In this document: piece by piece, positions 8,429 to 17,728 of the stretch | How the letters are laid out: every line of letters starts with the position of its first letter | Position numbering within the stretch: position 1 is the stretch's first letter | Program-made: the position numbers and the translations under genes | Notes under the pieces: model-generated | Told to the model about the DNA's origin: nothing | Seen by the model: only the letters and a program-made list of their open reading frames with translations | The model's database searches: none | Origin: Promethearchaeota archaeon | GTDB lineage: Archaea > Asgardarchaeota > Lokiarchaeia > Sigyniarchaeales > SOKP01 | Assembly (NCBI GenBank): GCA_013375475.1 | Contig: JABXKD010000029.1 | Coordinates: 1 to 40,963, forward strand | Reading direction: 5' to 3' | Length of the DNA stretch: 40,963 bases

Positions 8429-8863
8429 CTAAGTTATATTTATATATATATTTGGGATTATTGCATTGTTTGGACAATCCTTAAAACATTTTAAACAATT
8501 ACTACACTTATTCATTGATTTATTATTAAATTCGATGTATTCTTCGTTTGTGCTTGGTTCAACGCAAAGCTTAAATAAATTTTGAAAGCAGAAGTTTGAC
8601 TCTAAACATTTTTTACAAACGGTACATCTCTCCTTATCGATTTCAAAGTCAATTAAACGCCCCTCCTCTAACGAGATTACCACTATAGCGTTGTGCTCGC
8701 AAACATCTACACACTTTAAACATCCTTTACATTTATTATAATCGACATATCGAAGCGAATCCCTAAAAAAGATTGCCTTTGGAGGACAAGAGTAAGAGCA
8801 CTTTTCACAACGGATGCAAAATTGTGGGTTTATACTTATAGGAAATAATTTTTCCGAATGCAT
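8429..8863 (-). CDS. Polyferredoxin, about 4x[4Fe-4S]
   Basis: CIRCEKCSYSCP, CKGCLKCVDVCE, CTVCKKC....FC, CSNCLKCFKDCP. Confidence 0.88.
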   Translation of the reverse strand: MHSEKLFPISINPQFCIRCEKCSYSCPPKAIFFRDSLRYVDYNKCKGCLKCVDVCEHNAIVVISLEEGRLIDFEIDKERCTVCKKCLESNFCFQNLFKLCVEPSTNEEYIEFNNKSMNKCSNCLKCFKDCPNNAIIPNIYINIT

Positions 8864-8884
8864 GTCGTTTTAGTTGATGAAATT

Positions 8885-11284
8885 CTAAAATTTGTTTTCT
8901 AATCTATCTATAATGTCGTTTTGGATTGGAATTCCTAAATCAATAAAAGTAGCGTTATACCCTCCAACTTTCACGATTAAATCTGCGTAATTTTCAGGAT
9001 GGATCTGTGCATCCTTTAAAGTTTCGGTTGAAACCACATTTGGTTGAATCTGCATCCCCCCTTTATCAAAATATGTTTTTAACAAGTAATAGAACTTTTC
9101 GATATTTTCTTGAGTTTCTAAGTTTTGGGGATGTAATCGCACATTAACAGCTACTCCATTCATAGCGTAATCGTAATTTAATTTTGCGATTGAATTCAAT
9201 ATTGCGGTGATTCCGTTCTTTTCAACTTTATTCACGGGAGATAAACTGTTTGAGATGGGTCTTCCTGCTTTTCTCCCATCAGCTGATGGTCGAGTTAAAA
9301 TACCTTCCATTACATGGATGCCCATTGAGTAAGCTCCCGCATTATATCGTCCTCCCCTTAAAGGTTTATTCTTCCTTACCTCTTGTGTAAATAAATCCCA
9401 TAATTCAATAGCAAAGGAATCAATCTCAGCACCATCGTTCCCCCACTTTTCGTAATTATTAATTAATTTTTGGCGGTAAACTTCATTATCTTCAAAGTTT
9501 GAATTGAGAATACTTATAAGATCTGGTAAAGTCATTGACTTTTCGTCGTAAACGACTTTTTTAATGTTATACATAGAATCAACTAAAGTAGCAAACCCAT
9601 AAGCAGTAATCGAAGAATAATTATATTTTGCCCCTCCACATACGTAATCTTTCCCACTTTCCAAGCATCCATCAAGCGTAGCAGACACAATCGGGTGTTG
9701 AAAATAGTTCATCACTACTCTATCCCCTACTTCGGCAATCTTCACAGATTTTTCAATGTTAAATTTAAGCTGCCGTGTAAAAGCGTCGTAAAATTGATCG
9801 TATGTGATAAACTCTCCTGGATTACCTGTCTGTAAACCATCAATATTCTTTGAGAAATTGCTATATCCATTGTTTAAAGTTAATTCTAACACTCCTGGTA
9901 AATTAATGAACATCCTAGCTGTTGCTGAAAAACTGTTTCCTTGACCGGTGGGCTCCACACATCCAATTATAACGTAATTCTGGGCGTCTTCTAGGGAATA
10001 ACCGGTATTTTGAAGCGCGGGAACTATAATTTCATCGTTATAAAAAGCGATACCTGAAGTGTGTTTAAAAACTTTAATCGCGTTTTCAAAGAATTCTCTT
10101 GGAGTTTTCTTATGAATTCTAACTGAAAGATCAGTAGTAAAAACCTTTACTTTCTTATATGCTTCAAGAAAAAGGTAAGATAACTCATTTGTTGCGTCTT
10201 TGCCATTTGAATCCATACCAGCAATAGTAATTGTTTGTGTGTTTTGACCAAGAGCGTTAGCTACTAAAGTAAAGTCTGTAGGTAATATTGTAATGTTCCA
10301 AGTTAATTTTAAATTGAGTTCTTCTATTAATTCTAACGCGTCTTCTCTATCAATTTTCCCGTTTTTAAGATCTTGAAAATAGTAAGGCCAGAGAATTTGA
10401 TCTAATCGACCAAGGGCCACAACACTTCGCTGGTAAGTAATATTTATGATATTTTGAGTAAAATTTATGAGTTGAACTGCCTCGTAAAAAGTTTCTGGGG
10501 TAGTTTCGGTAAGTTTTTTCAACATAGCTCCGATAATTTCAAGCTCTTTTTTCCGTTTTTCGTTGTTTTGAGTTTCTGCCATTTCAAGAGAAAGTGTTGA
10601 AAACCTTTGCAAAAACTCTATAGCAGCTCTGTAATAAATTTTAACAGCTTCGTAGAAGTTATATTTTTCTTGAAATTCTTTATCCACTTTCTCTAAGCGG
10701 GATTGAAATGATTCAGCTTCCTCAATAATTCCTCTATATCCAAGTTTTAAAAGCTTTTCGTAGCCAGCGCATAAATGTCCTTCTGTCGTTCCAATTTGAA
10801 CGGACACATTTGGAGCTAAGGAAGTGATTTTCCCCTCTCCTGTGACCAGTTCTTCTTCCCGTAATTTCTTACTAATACGACCTTCTAATAGCGATTTTTT
10901 TCTCCAAAATGGGATCATTTCGAGTAACTCATCAATCTCCGGCTCGTCGATAAAAAATGGTTGAAGTTTTCTTCTTCTTAGCTTCTTATATGTTGATCTC
11001 TTCTCTAAACTGTTATCATAGCGTTGAAAATCGAGATTGATTTTTTCGCCTAAATTTTTGCTCGTTTCGTTTCCAACCAGTAATTCATCGTCTCTAATAA
11101 AAATGGTCATATTTTTTAGAGTGCGTGCTATAGATTTCGCTCTCTTAATGATTTCGGGATCGTCTGGATATTGTTTATAAATCTCAGTGAAAAATCTCAT
11201 GCGTTCGATACACAATTCATACTTGCTTGATAGCATGTTATTTTTGAGATTATTTATCCGTTTGGAAGGAGTTTTAATAATCAA
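8885..11284 (-). CDS. Glycyl radical enzyme (PFL2/eliminase-like), substrate unknown
   Basis: ELLVG, LGRLDQ, DATNELSY, active-site GCVEP, KWGND, ADGR, LKDAQxHPENYxDLIVKVGGY. Confidence 0.93.
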   Translation of the reverse strand: MIIKTPSKRINNLKNNMLSSKYELCIERMRFFTEIYKQYPDDPEIIKRAKSIARTLKNMTIFIRDDELLVGNETSKNLGEKINLDFQRYDNSLEKRSTYKKLRRRKLQPFFIDEPEIDELLEMIPFWRKKSLLEGRISKKLREEELVTGEGKITSLAPNVSVQIGTTEGHLCAGYEKLLKLGYRGIIEEAESFQSRLEKVDKEFQEKYNFYEAVKIYYRAAIEFLQRFSTLSLEMAETQNNEKRKKELEIIGAMLKKLTETTPETFYEAVQLINFTQNIINITYQRSVVALGRLDQILWPYYFQDLKNGKIDREDALELIEELNLKLTWNITILPTDFTLVANALGQNTQTITIAGMDSNGKDATNELSYLFLEAYKKVKVFTTDLSVRIHKKTPREFFENAIKVFKHTSGIAFYNDEIIVPALQNTGYSLEDAQNYVIIGCVEPTGQGNSFSATARMFINLPGVLELTLNNGYSNFSKNIDGLQTGNPGEFITYDQFYDAFTRQLKFNIEKSVKIAEVGDRVVMNYFQHPIVSATLDGCLESGKDYVCGGAKYNYSSITAYGFATLVDSMYNIKKVVYDEKSMTLPDLISILNSNFEDNEVYRQKLINNYEKWGNDGAEIDSFAIELWDLFTQEVRKNKPLRGGRYNAGAYSMGIHVMEGILTRPSADGRKAGRPISNSLSPVNKVEKNGITAILNSIAKLNYDYAMNGVAVNVRLHPQNLETQENIEKFYYLLKTYFDKGGMQIQPNVVSTETLKDAQIHPENYADLIVKVGGYNATFIDLGIPIQNDIIDRLENKF

Positions 11285-11407
11285 ATTCTTCTCTGAAATT
11301 TAAATTTGTAAATATTGTAAATTATAAATCCACAATCTAATAAGTATTTTTAAACTTTAAAAAATAAGTAAAATCGCTTAATAACAATTATTATCTAATC
11401 GTTCGAA

Positions 11408-12214
11408 ATGAAAGTTAGACTAAACCCAAATACTATTTACCAGAAAATACTCCAGAATAAAATCAACAGGATAGAAGGTATTGAGTTTCTAATTTCGATC
11501 ATAGAGAAATCTGAAAACACGAGCTCGAGGATAGAGAGCTTAAACATTTTAAACAAACTGAAAACTCGAGATCAGATTGTTTTTAGAACACTAGAAAATT
11601 GCATAATTTCTGACGAATATGAAGAGATTAGGATAATTTCCGCTAAAATAATTTTAGAAAATTATTTTAAAGTTGGAGAAAATTGCTTGGAATGGGTTTT
11701 ATTAAACGATAAATCATCAAAATTCCTTAAAGTTCTCGCAAAGTCGTTAAATGATCCAGAAATCGACCACTTCAGGTCTTTATATGCTGTTTATCTTCAA
11801 AGATTAGAGAAAATAGCTGAAAATCTTGATGTTGTGTCCGAGGAAGTTCCGTTCTTATTAGATTTAGAATTTAATCTTGACAATTACAACAGTTTTAATT
11901 GGAATTCAAACAGTAAACTGATCTATGATGACGATGTAATGTTGAAAGTTCAAGACCAACGCATATTGGAATTAAGTATATCTCTAAGAGATCAAATTCC
12001 TTCCTCTATTAAATTATTGAAGAATTTAAAAAATTTGAACCTAAGTTGTAATAATTTAACTAATTTGCCGGATACTTTAAGCGACCTTATAAATCTTGAA
12101 AGTCTAGATTTGAGTTGGAACGACTTTAAAGTAGTTCCAAATGTCTTGAACGAGTTAAAATCGATTAAGAAGATTAATTTTGAAAATAATCTCATTCATA
12201 AATGCCCTAATTGA
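11408..12214 (+). CDS. Helical (HEAT-like) N-terminal domain plus leucine-rich repeat protein
   Basis: LKNLKNLNLSCNNLTNLPDTL, LINLESLDLSWNDF and IKKINFENNLI repeats; ISDEYEEIR helical motif. Confidence 0.85.
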   Translation: MKVRLNPNTIYQKILQNKINRIEGIEFLISIIEKSENTSSRIESLNILNKLKTRDQIVFRTLENCIISDEYEEIRIISAKIILENYFKVGENCLEWVLLNDKSSKFLKVLAKSLNDPEIDHFRSLYAVYLQRLEKIAENLDVVSEEVPFLLDLEFNLDNYNSFNWNSNSKLIYDDDVMLKVQDQRILELSISLRDQIPSSIKLLKNLKNLNLSCNNLTNLPDTLSDLINLESLDLSWNDFKVVPNVLNELKSIKKINFENNLIHKCPN

Positions 12215-12273
12215 AATATATAAAATGAAGAATTTTCAAAAAGCTTCATATTCATTTAATCTTTAGAAGAAAT

Positions 12274-13053
12274 ATGGTGTTTCCAAATTATCCAAATAAA
12301 TATAATGAAAAAACTATGGTTCAAGCTAAGGATTTTTGGAAGTATAAGAAAGAACTTGGTGTATTTCCTGATATTGAACCTCCAAAGGGAGTTATAATAT
12401 GTTATTCCCCCACAATTCTAAATTATATAGTAGAGCATTACTCTCTTACTCAGGTTGACAATGTTCATGCAAATAATTTTTATCTCTTAAACGATTCTGA
12501 CAAAAAAATTGCTATTTGTGGGACTATTGGAGTAGGGGCTCCCGTTGTAGGAATTTTATTAGAAGAACTTCACGCTTTTGGTACAAATTTCTTTATATCA
12601 ATAGGGACTGCTGGATCTCTCCAAAAAAATCTTAAATTAGGAAGCCATATAATTTGCGATAGGGCGATTAGGGACGAAGGAACTTCGCATCATTACGCTT
12701 CAAGCGAAAAATATTCATATCCCTCTAAAACTTTGACAGATAAAATGATCGAAGTAGCGAACCAGATGGATGTAAATTATCACACTGGAACAAGTTGGAC
12801 GACTGATGCTCCATACCGTGAAACTCTAACTGAGTTAAAACATTACAGAAACGAGGGCGTAATGACAGTTGAAATGGAAGCTTCCGCTATATTCGCGATC
12901 GCAAAATATCTGAATATCGAAGCAGGAGTAATTCTTACCATAAGCGATTATTTGACCGAAGAAAGGTGGGAGCTTCATTTTCACCTAACTAAACAGCATC
13001 TTCATACTTTATTTATGTTAGCTAAAGAAACTTTAAATTCACTATTATTCTGA
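12274..13053 (+). CDS. Nucleoside phosphorylase (PNP/UDP family)
   Basis: GVGAP, IGTAGSL, AIRDEGTSHHY, WTTDAPYRET, VEMEASA, ISD. Confidence 0.92.
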   Translation: MVFPNYPNKYNEKTMVQAKDFWKYKKELGVFPDIEPPKGVIICYSPTILNYIVEHYSLTQVDNVHANNFYLLNDSDKKIAICGTIGVGAPVVGILLEELHAFGTNFFISIGTAGSLQKNLKLGSHIICDRAIRDEGTSHHYASSEKYSYPSKTLTDKMIEVANQMDVNYHTGTSWTTDAPYRETLTELKHYRNEGVMTVEMEASAIFAIAKYLNIEAGVILTISDYLTEERWELHFHLTKQHLHTLFMLAKETLNSLLF

Positions 13054-13140
13054 GGATTCTAAATTCATTTCCCATCATTTAAAAATGCAATTTACTTATT
13101 AATGATATTAAATTTAGTTTGTATAATAGAAATCTAATAG

Positions 13141-14889
13141 ATGGTAAGAATGAGCGATCAGGAAGGAAATAGAGATAATCCGTATTCGTTTGATGATTAT
13201 ATTTTTGTTAAAAATAATTTTAATTATTATAGAGATGATGAATTTTTTCAAGCCTTAGTTAAAAAATATCTTCCCTTTAATGAACTTGAAAAAATTGACC
13301 TAGAGCTTCAAGAACTTTCAGACATCGTTTCGTTTCGATTTAAAGCTCTCGCTGACGAAGCAACTAGGCTTGAAAATCGAGTAAAATGCACGCTTATTCA
13401 GCATTACGATGCGTATAATCATCGCATTGATAAAATAAAAAGATGCTCCGAAACAGAAACGCTTGAGCGTGAAATCTTTGATCTCGGATTATTTGATCCG
13501 AAGCGAAATAGTCCTTGGAGTAGATTCGTTAAAATGTTTTTACTCTACCAAATCGGTGAATCTGGAGTAATGTGCCCTATAGCTTGTACTCATGGTGCTG
13601 TAGAATTACTTCAAAAATACGAAAACGAACTTGAACCAGAAGCCTATAATATATTGACATATCTTCGAGACGGTATTGGAGGATATAAACTAGGTTCGCA
13701 GTTCGTAAGTGAAATCCAAGGTGGTAGCGATGTTCCAGCAAATCTCGTCGAAGCCGTTTTCGAAGAAGAAGAAGGTTCCGATGGCGTTTCAAATTGTTGG
13801 CGGTTGTATGGTCAAAAATACTTTTGCTCAGCAATGCAATCAGACTACGCAGTAGTAACCGCTAAACCAAAAAACGTCTCATCATCAACTAGAGTTGCCG
13901 CTTTTGTAGTTCCAGCCTGGCTTCCCGGAAACAAAGAAAAAGAAATTAGAAATTCCTATACTATTGATAGATTAAAACAAAAACTTGGAACTGCCGAATT
14001 GCCTACAGCAGAAATCACATATAACGGCGCTGTCGCTTATCCTGTTGGACCTTTAGAAAAGGGTTTAGCAGATATTGTAGGCATTGTGCTTTCATTATCA
14101 AGACTCCACGTTGCTCTTGGCATGGCAGCAGGATTGCTGAAAGTAACAAGAGAAGCAATTTTATATTCTCAGTTTAGAACTGCTTTTGGTGTTCCAGTCT
14201 CTTCTTTTCCACTCATGATTAACCAAATTAATGATATAAACCACAACGCAATGAGGAGCGCGGCAGGAGCGTTTAAAGTATACTCCGAATACATCCATTT
14301 TAACGAAGAACTCATCAGCGGGATAAGAGAACTACAAAAAATTGAAGACCTTACTGAACGAAAAAGGCGTTTTAGATTACGAGAGCTTATAATGCTGCAA
14401 AAAATAGTTGTAGCTGACGATGCACCCGCTATAATTCGGAAAGCAATTTCGTTTTTTGGTGGACACGGAATAATGGAAGATTTTATCGATTTTCCTCGAT
14501 TACATCGAGATTCCTTAATAATGGAATTATGGGAAGGTCCACGAAATGTTTTACTTGCCCAAATACATCGTGATTTCCAAAGGGTTGCTGAATGGTACTC
14601 CGCTGATGATTTTATTAAGGATTTACTTGAAGGAGTGGATCAAAAAACTATTGGAAATTTAACTACTGAGTTTTCAAAAATAATATCACACGATACACTT
14701 TTGAGGAACGACGAAGAAACCTTAGAGATTTGTCGAGATTGGGAAAGAATATCGAACAATCTCTTTCATATTTATCAAGATCAAGCTCTTATTGAATTAA
14801 ATTATAAGGGAAAACCTCTTAAATTTTCAAGGTTGTTGCGTAAGTTTAAAAAGAAGCCGGAAGAGAAAGAGATTTTGGTAGAACTTTAA
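13141..14889 (+). CDS. Acyl-CoA dehydrogenase family, AidB-like
   Basis: CPIACT, SEIQGGSDV, LYGQKYFCS, RLKQKLGT, RTAFG, FGGHG, LWEGPRNV. Confidence 0.85.
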   Translation: MVRMSDQEGNRDNPYSFDDYIFVKNNFNYYRDDEFFQALVKKYLPFNELEKIDLELQELSDIVSFRFKALADEATRLENRVKCTLIQHYDAYNHRIDKIKRCSETETLEREIFDLGLFDPKRNSPWSRFVKMFLLYQIGESGVMCPIACTHGAVELLQKYENELEPEAYNILTYLRDGIGGYKLGSQFVSEIQGGSDVPANLVEAVFEEEEGSDGVSNCWRLYGQKYFCSAMQSDYAVVTAKPKNVSSSTRVAAFVVPAWLPGNKEKEIRNSYTIDRLKQKLGTAELPTAEITYNGAVAYPVGPLEKGLADIVGIVLSLSRLHVALGMAAGLLKVTREAILYSQFRTAFGVPVSSFPLMINQINDINHNAMRSAAGAFKVYSEYIHFNEELISGIRELQKIEDLTERKRRFRLRELIMLQKIVVADDAPAIIRKAISFFGGHGIMEDFIDFPRLHRDSLIMELWEGPRNVLLAQIHRDFQRVAEWYSADDFIKDLLEGVDQKTIGNLTTEFSKIISHDTLLRNDEETLEICRDWERISNNLFHIYQDQALIELNYKGKPLKFSRLLRKFKKKPEEKEILVEL

Positions 14890-15029
14890 GTCTCCTTAGG
14901 GAAAGGTGTATTTAAAAGAGATTTAGAATTCTCTTTGATAGTGGGACTGTTAATTACCAATTGTAGATCAGTCTTAAATTATAAATTCAAATGTTGTTTT
15001 ATTACATTATTAGAAGAATTGTGATAAAT

Positions 15030-15884
15030 GTGAATTTTGAGACTATTAACTTTGAGTTAAGAGAAAATGGAATAGGGATACTAACGCTTAATCGTCCCAA
15101 CAAACTAAATGCTATGTCTTTTCAGATGATTAAAGATTTACACGCATTATTTGATTCTTTAATGGTAAATTTAGATTGTCGTGTTGTTATATTAAAAGCA
15201 GAAGGGAAAGCGTTTTGTGCTGGCTTGGATTTGAAAGAATCGACGATTTTGCAATCTAAAAAAAAGCCACCAGAATTGAAAGAAAAGTTCCATTTTCTAA
15301 ACGCTCCCGATAAGGATATTATTAAAGCTAAATTATACGCTCAGTGGTATACCAGTCATATTATCGTAAAAATGCGTAAAATTAGTCAACCAATCATCGC
15401 TTTAATTCAAGGCGCAGCATCTGGAGCTGGTTTCGCATTTTCTTTAGCGGCAGATATTAGGATTGCTAGCAATAACGCAAAGTTTAATAATGCATTTATC
15501 AACGTTGGATTTTCTGGTTCAGACCTAGGATCTAGTTATTATCTTCCTCGACTTATAGGGATGTCAAGAGCAACAGAGATTTTATACACAGGAAGATTTG
15601 TAGATGCTTATGAAGCTGAAAAGATAGGATTAGTATTAAGTGTAGTTGAAGAAGCAAAATTACTTGATACAGCTATTGAACTAGCAGAAAATTTGCTACA
15701 TAAAAGCCCTTTAGGGTTAAGAATGACTAAACAAGCACTCAATTTATCTCTTGATTCTCCAAGTCTAGAAACGATTCTTCAATTAGAAAATCGCGCACAA
15801 ATGCTTTGTTCTGCATCAGATGATATTATGGAAGGAATTCAATCCTTTTTCGAAAAAAGAGACCCAAAATATCCCTTGAGATGA
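15030..15884 (+). CDS. Crotonase superfamily enoyl-CoA hydratase/isomerase (paralog 1)
   Basis: LNRPNKLNA, FCAGLDL, QPIIA, ADIR, LPRLIG. Start moved from 14991 to GTG 15030 by alignment with paralog 2 (xNFETI) and a GTGAT ribosome-binding site. Confidence 0.9.
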   Translation: MNFETINFELRENGIGILTLNRPNKLNAMSFQMIKDLHALFDSLMVNLDCRVVILKAEGKAFCAGLDLKESTILQSKKKPPELKEKFHFLNAPDKDIIKAKLYAQWYTSHIIVKMRKISQPIIALIQGAASGAGFAFSLAADIRIASNNAKFNNAFINVGFSGSDLGSSYYLPRLIGMSRATEILYTGRFVDAYEAEKIGLVLSVVEEAKLLDTAIELAENLLHKSPLGLRMTKQALNLSLDSPSLETILQLENRAQMLCSASDDIMEGIQSFFEKRDPKYPLR

Positions 15885-15917
15885 GAATTAGAACATAAAA
15901 TATCAAATTAAAAATAA

Positions 15918-16772
15918 GTGAAAAAAATGAATTTTGAGACAATAAAATTTGAATTGAAAGAAAATGGGATTGGAATATTATCCCTAAATCGCCCTAACAA
16001 ATTAAATGCAATTAACTTCCAAATGGAACAGGAATTACACGAGGTATTTGACCACCTCACAATGAATTTGGATTGTCGCGTTTTAATTTTAAAGGCTGAA
16101 GGAAGAGCTTTTTGCGCTGGTACTGATTTACAGGAAGGTTTAGTCTTAAACACGAAAAAAATCCCTGAAGGTTATGAGAAATATTACTTTCTAAATACAG
16201 CAGAGCCAATTAAAAAAAAAATGTATCATCAATGGCGGATAAGTTCAATTTACGTAAAAATGCGGAAGATTAGTCAACCAATCATTGCTTTGGTTCACGG
16301 TGGAGCTGCTGGGGGAGGGTTTGGGTTCGCAATGGCTGCAGACTTTCGAATTGTAGCTCCCGATGTTAAATTTATAAACGCCTCAATTAATATTGGTTTA
16401 ACTGGAGCAGATGTAGGAGGTAGCTATTTTCTTCCAAGATTAATTGGATTGTCTAGAGCTTCTGAAATAATGTATACTGGAAGAGATGTGGGAGCTGAAG
16501 AATCGGTAAAAATTGGATTGGCTCTAAGATCCGTTGACTCGAAAGATTTGTTAGAATCCGGGATGGAGCTAGCGAATTTATTGTTAAAAAAAAGCCCCTT
16601 AGGGTTAAGAATGACAAAACAAGCTCTAAATTTAACTCTGGATTCTCCAAGTTTGGAGACTATATGCCAATTGGAAAATGCTAGTATTGTGCTTTCCTTT
16701 AGTTCTAAAGACGTGAACGAAGCCTCGGCAGCGTTTTTCGGCAAAAAAGATCCCAAGTATCCTCTTCGCTAA
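15918..16772 (+). CDS. Crotonase superfamily enoyl-CoA hydratase/isomerase (paralog 2)
   Basis: Same motifs as paralog 1 and collinear with it over the full length; likely start is ATG 15927. Confidence 0.92.
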   Translation: MKKMNFETIKFELKENGIGILSLNRPNKLNAINFQMEQELHEVFDHLTMNLDCRVLILKAEGRAFCAGTDLQEGLVLNTKKIPEGYEKYYFLNTAEPIKKKMYHQWRISSIYVKMRKISQPIIALVHGGAAGGGFGFAMAADFRIVAPDVKFINASINIGLTGADVGGSYFLPRLIGLSRASEIMYTGRDVGAEESVKIGLALRSVDSKDLLESGMELANLLLKKSPLGLRMTKQALNLTLDSPSLETICQLENASIVLSFSSKDVNEASAAFFGKKDPKYPLR

Positions 16773-16816
16773 AATGTTTATAATGCATCTTAAAATGTTT
16801 GTAATGCATCTTAAAA
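16770..16816 (+). repeat. 21-bp tandem direct repeat (2.2 copies)
   Basis: TAAAATGTTTATAATGCATCT / TAAAATGTTTGTAATGCATCT / TAAAA; one mismatch; begins at the stop codon. Confidence 0.9.
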
Positions 16817-17010
16817 AGAACAAATCCATTTTATAAGAGGCTTTCATCAAGCAGATAAGGGTTCGATCAATCAAAGTTTTAACCTATTGCTCTCTCATCT
16901 TGAAAGAATCCATAGAAATCTGAGCAAAAAAATTTCTCTTTATTCTAGTGATATATCAGATAAATCTTCTGAACGGGACTTAAAATAAAACAAAATAAAA
17001 AAAATAGAGT

Positions 17011-17520
17011 TTATTCTCTAATTTGTAATTTTGGAGTAATAGGTGAAGCTCCACCCATATTAGTTATAACTGGACAATGAGAAAACACTTTTTCCATCAA
17101 TTCTTCTATTTTTTCTTTTGAAGCGTCTGCTTTAATCCTAACAACAGGTTCGAGTTTATCGTAACCCGCTAGTTTAGTATCGTCAATTCCAAAAATTGCT
17201 CCAAGATTAATATGGCCACGAGAAAATACTTTCAACTCATTGATTTTTATATCCATAATCTTGGCCCAAAATTTCGTAACTGCTACTATACACGCTCCCA
17301 CAGAAGCTAAAATTACTAGTAGTGGAGATGGACCTTCATTTGTACCATCTAAACCCGGAGGCGCGTCAATTAGTATTTCAAAAGGCTTTGCTCCCATCGT
17401 GCACTTAACTTGCATACCTTCTGATAACATCTCACACTCAACATTGAAATTCTTTTCCCCATTATTCCAATCATTCTTTATTGCTTCATATGTCTCTTTA
17501 AAGCTTGGCATTTTTTTCAC
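17011..17520 (-). CDS. OsmC/Ohr-like family protein
   Basis: IDAPPGLDGTNEGPSP, LASVGAC and HCPV (two conserved Cys); likely start is ATG 17511. Confidence 0.88.
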   Translation of the reverse strand: MKKMPSFKETYEAIKNDWNNGEKNFNVECEMLSEGMQVKCTMGAKPFEILIDAPPGLDGTNEGPSPLLVILASVGACIVAVTKFWAKIMDIKINELKVFSRGHINLGAIFGIDDTKLAGYDKLEPVVRIKADASKEKIEELMEKVFSHCPVITNMGGASPITPKLQIRE

Positions 17521-17538
17521 TTTTTGATGATATTTTTT

Positions 17539-17560
17539 ATTATGAATGAGTATTCATAAT
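17539..17560. promoter_or_regulatory. Palindromic operator, copy 6 (ATTATGAAT-gagt-ATTCATAAT)
   Basis: Perfect 9-bp arms, about 20 bp upstream of the OsmC-like gene. Confidence 0.7.
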
Positions 17561-17728
17561 TTGTAACCATATGATACAGAATAAAGTATTCCATTTAAAT
17601 TTCTCTAATTAGAGATAAACATCCAAGAAGGCTTTTTTCTCTATATTTTAAATTAAAAGAGTTACCTTTATCATTACTTTTTTCATTTGCATCTTTAGAC
17701 CAAATTAGCTAAAAAGTGGTAGAATCAA

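Noticed and set aside
8885-11284. Calling the GRE pflB, cutC or hypD
   Set aside because: No CC motif (not PFL); GCVEP is shared by several GRE classes and the other pocket segments do not match my recollection of those enzymes.
16770-16816. CRISPR array or IS end
   Set aside because: Repeats abut with no spacer; no cas or transposase genes in the window.
17543-17560. Resemblance of the OsmC operator to the Bacillus FadR (YsiA) box TGAATGANTANTCATTCA
   Set aside because: Partial match only; the site's own symmetry centre fits the 6-4-6 motif shared with the metal-cluster promoters.
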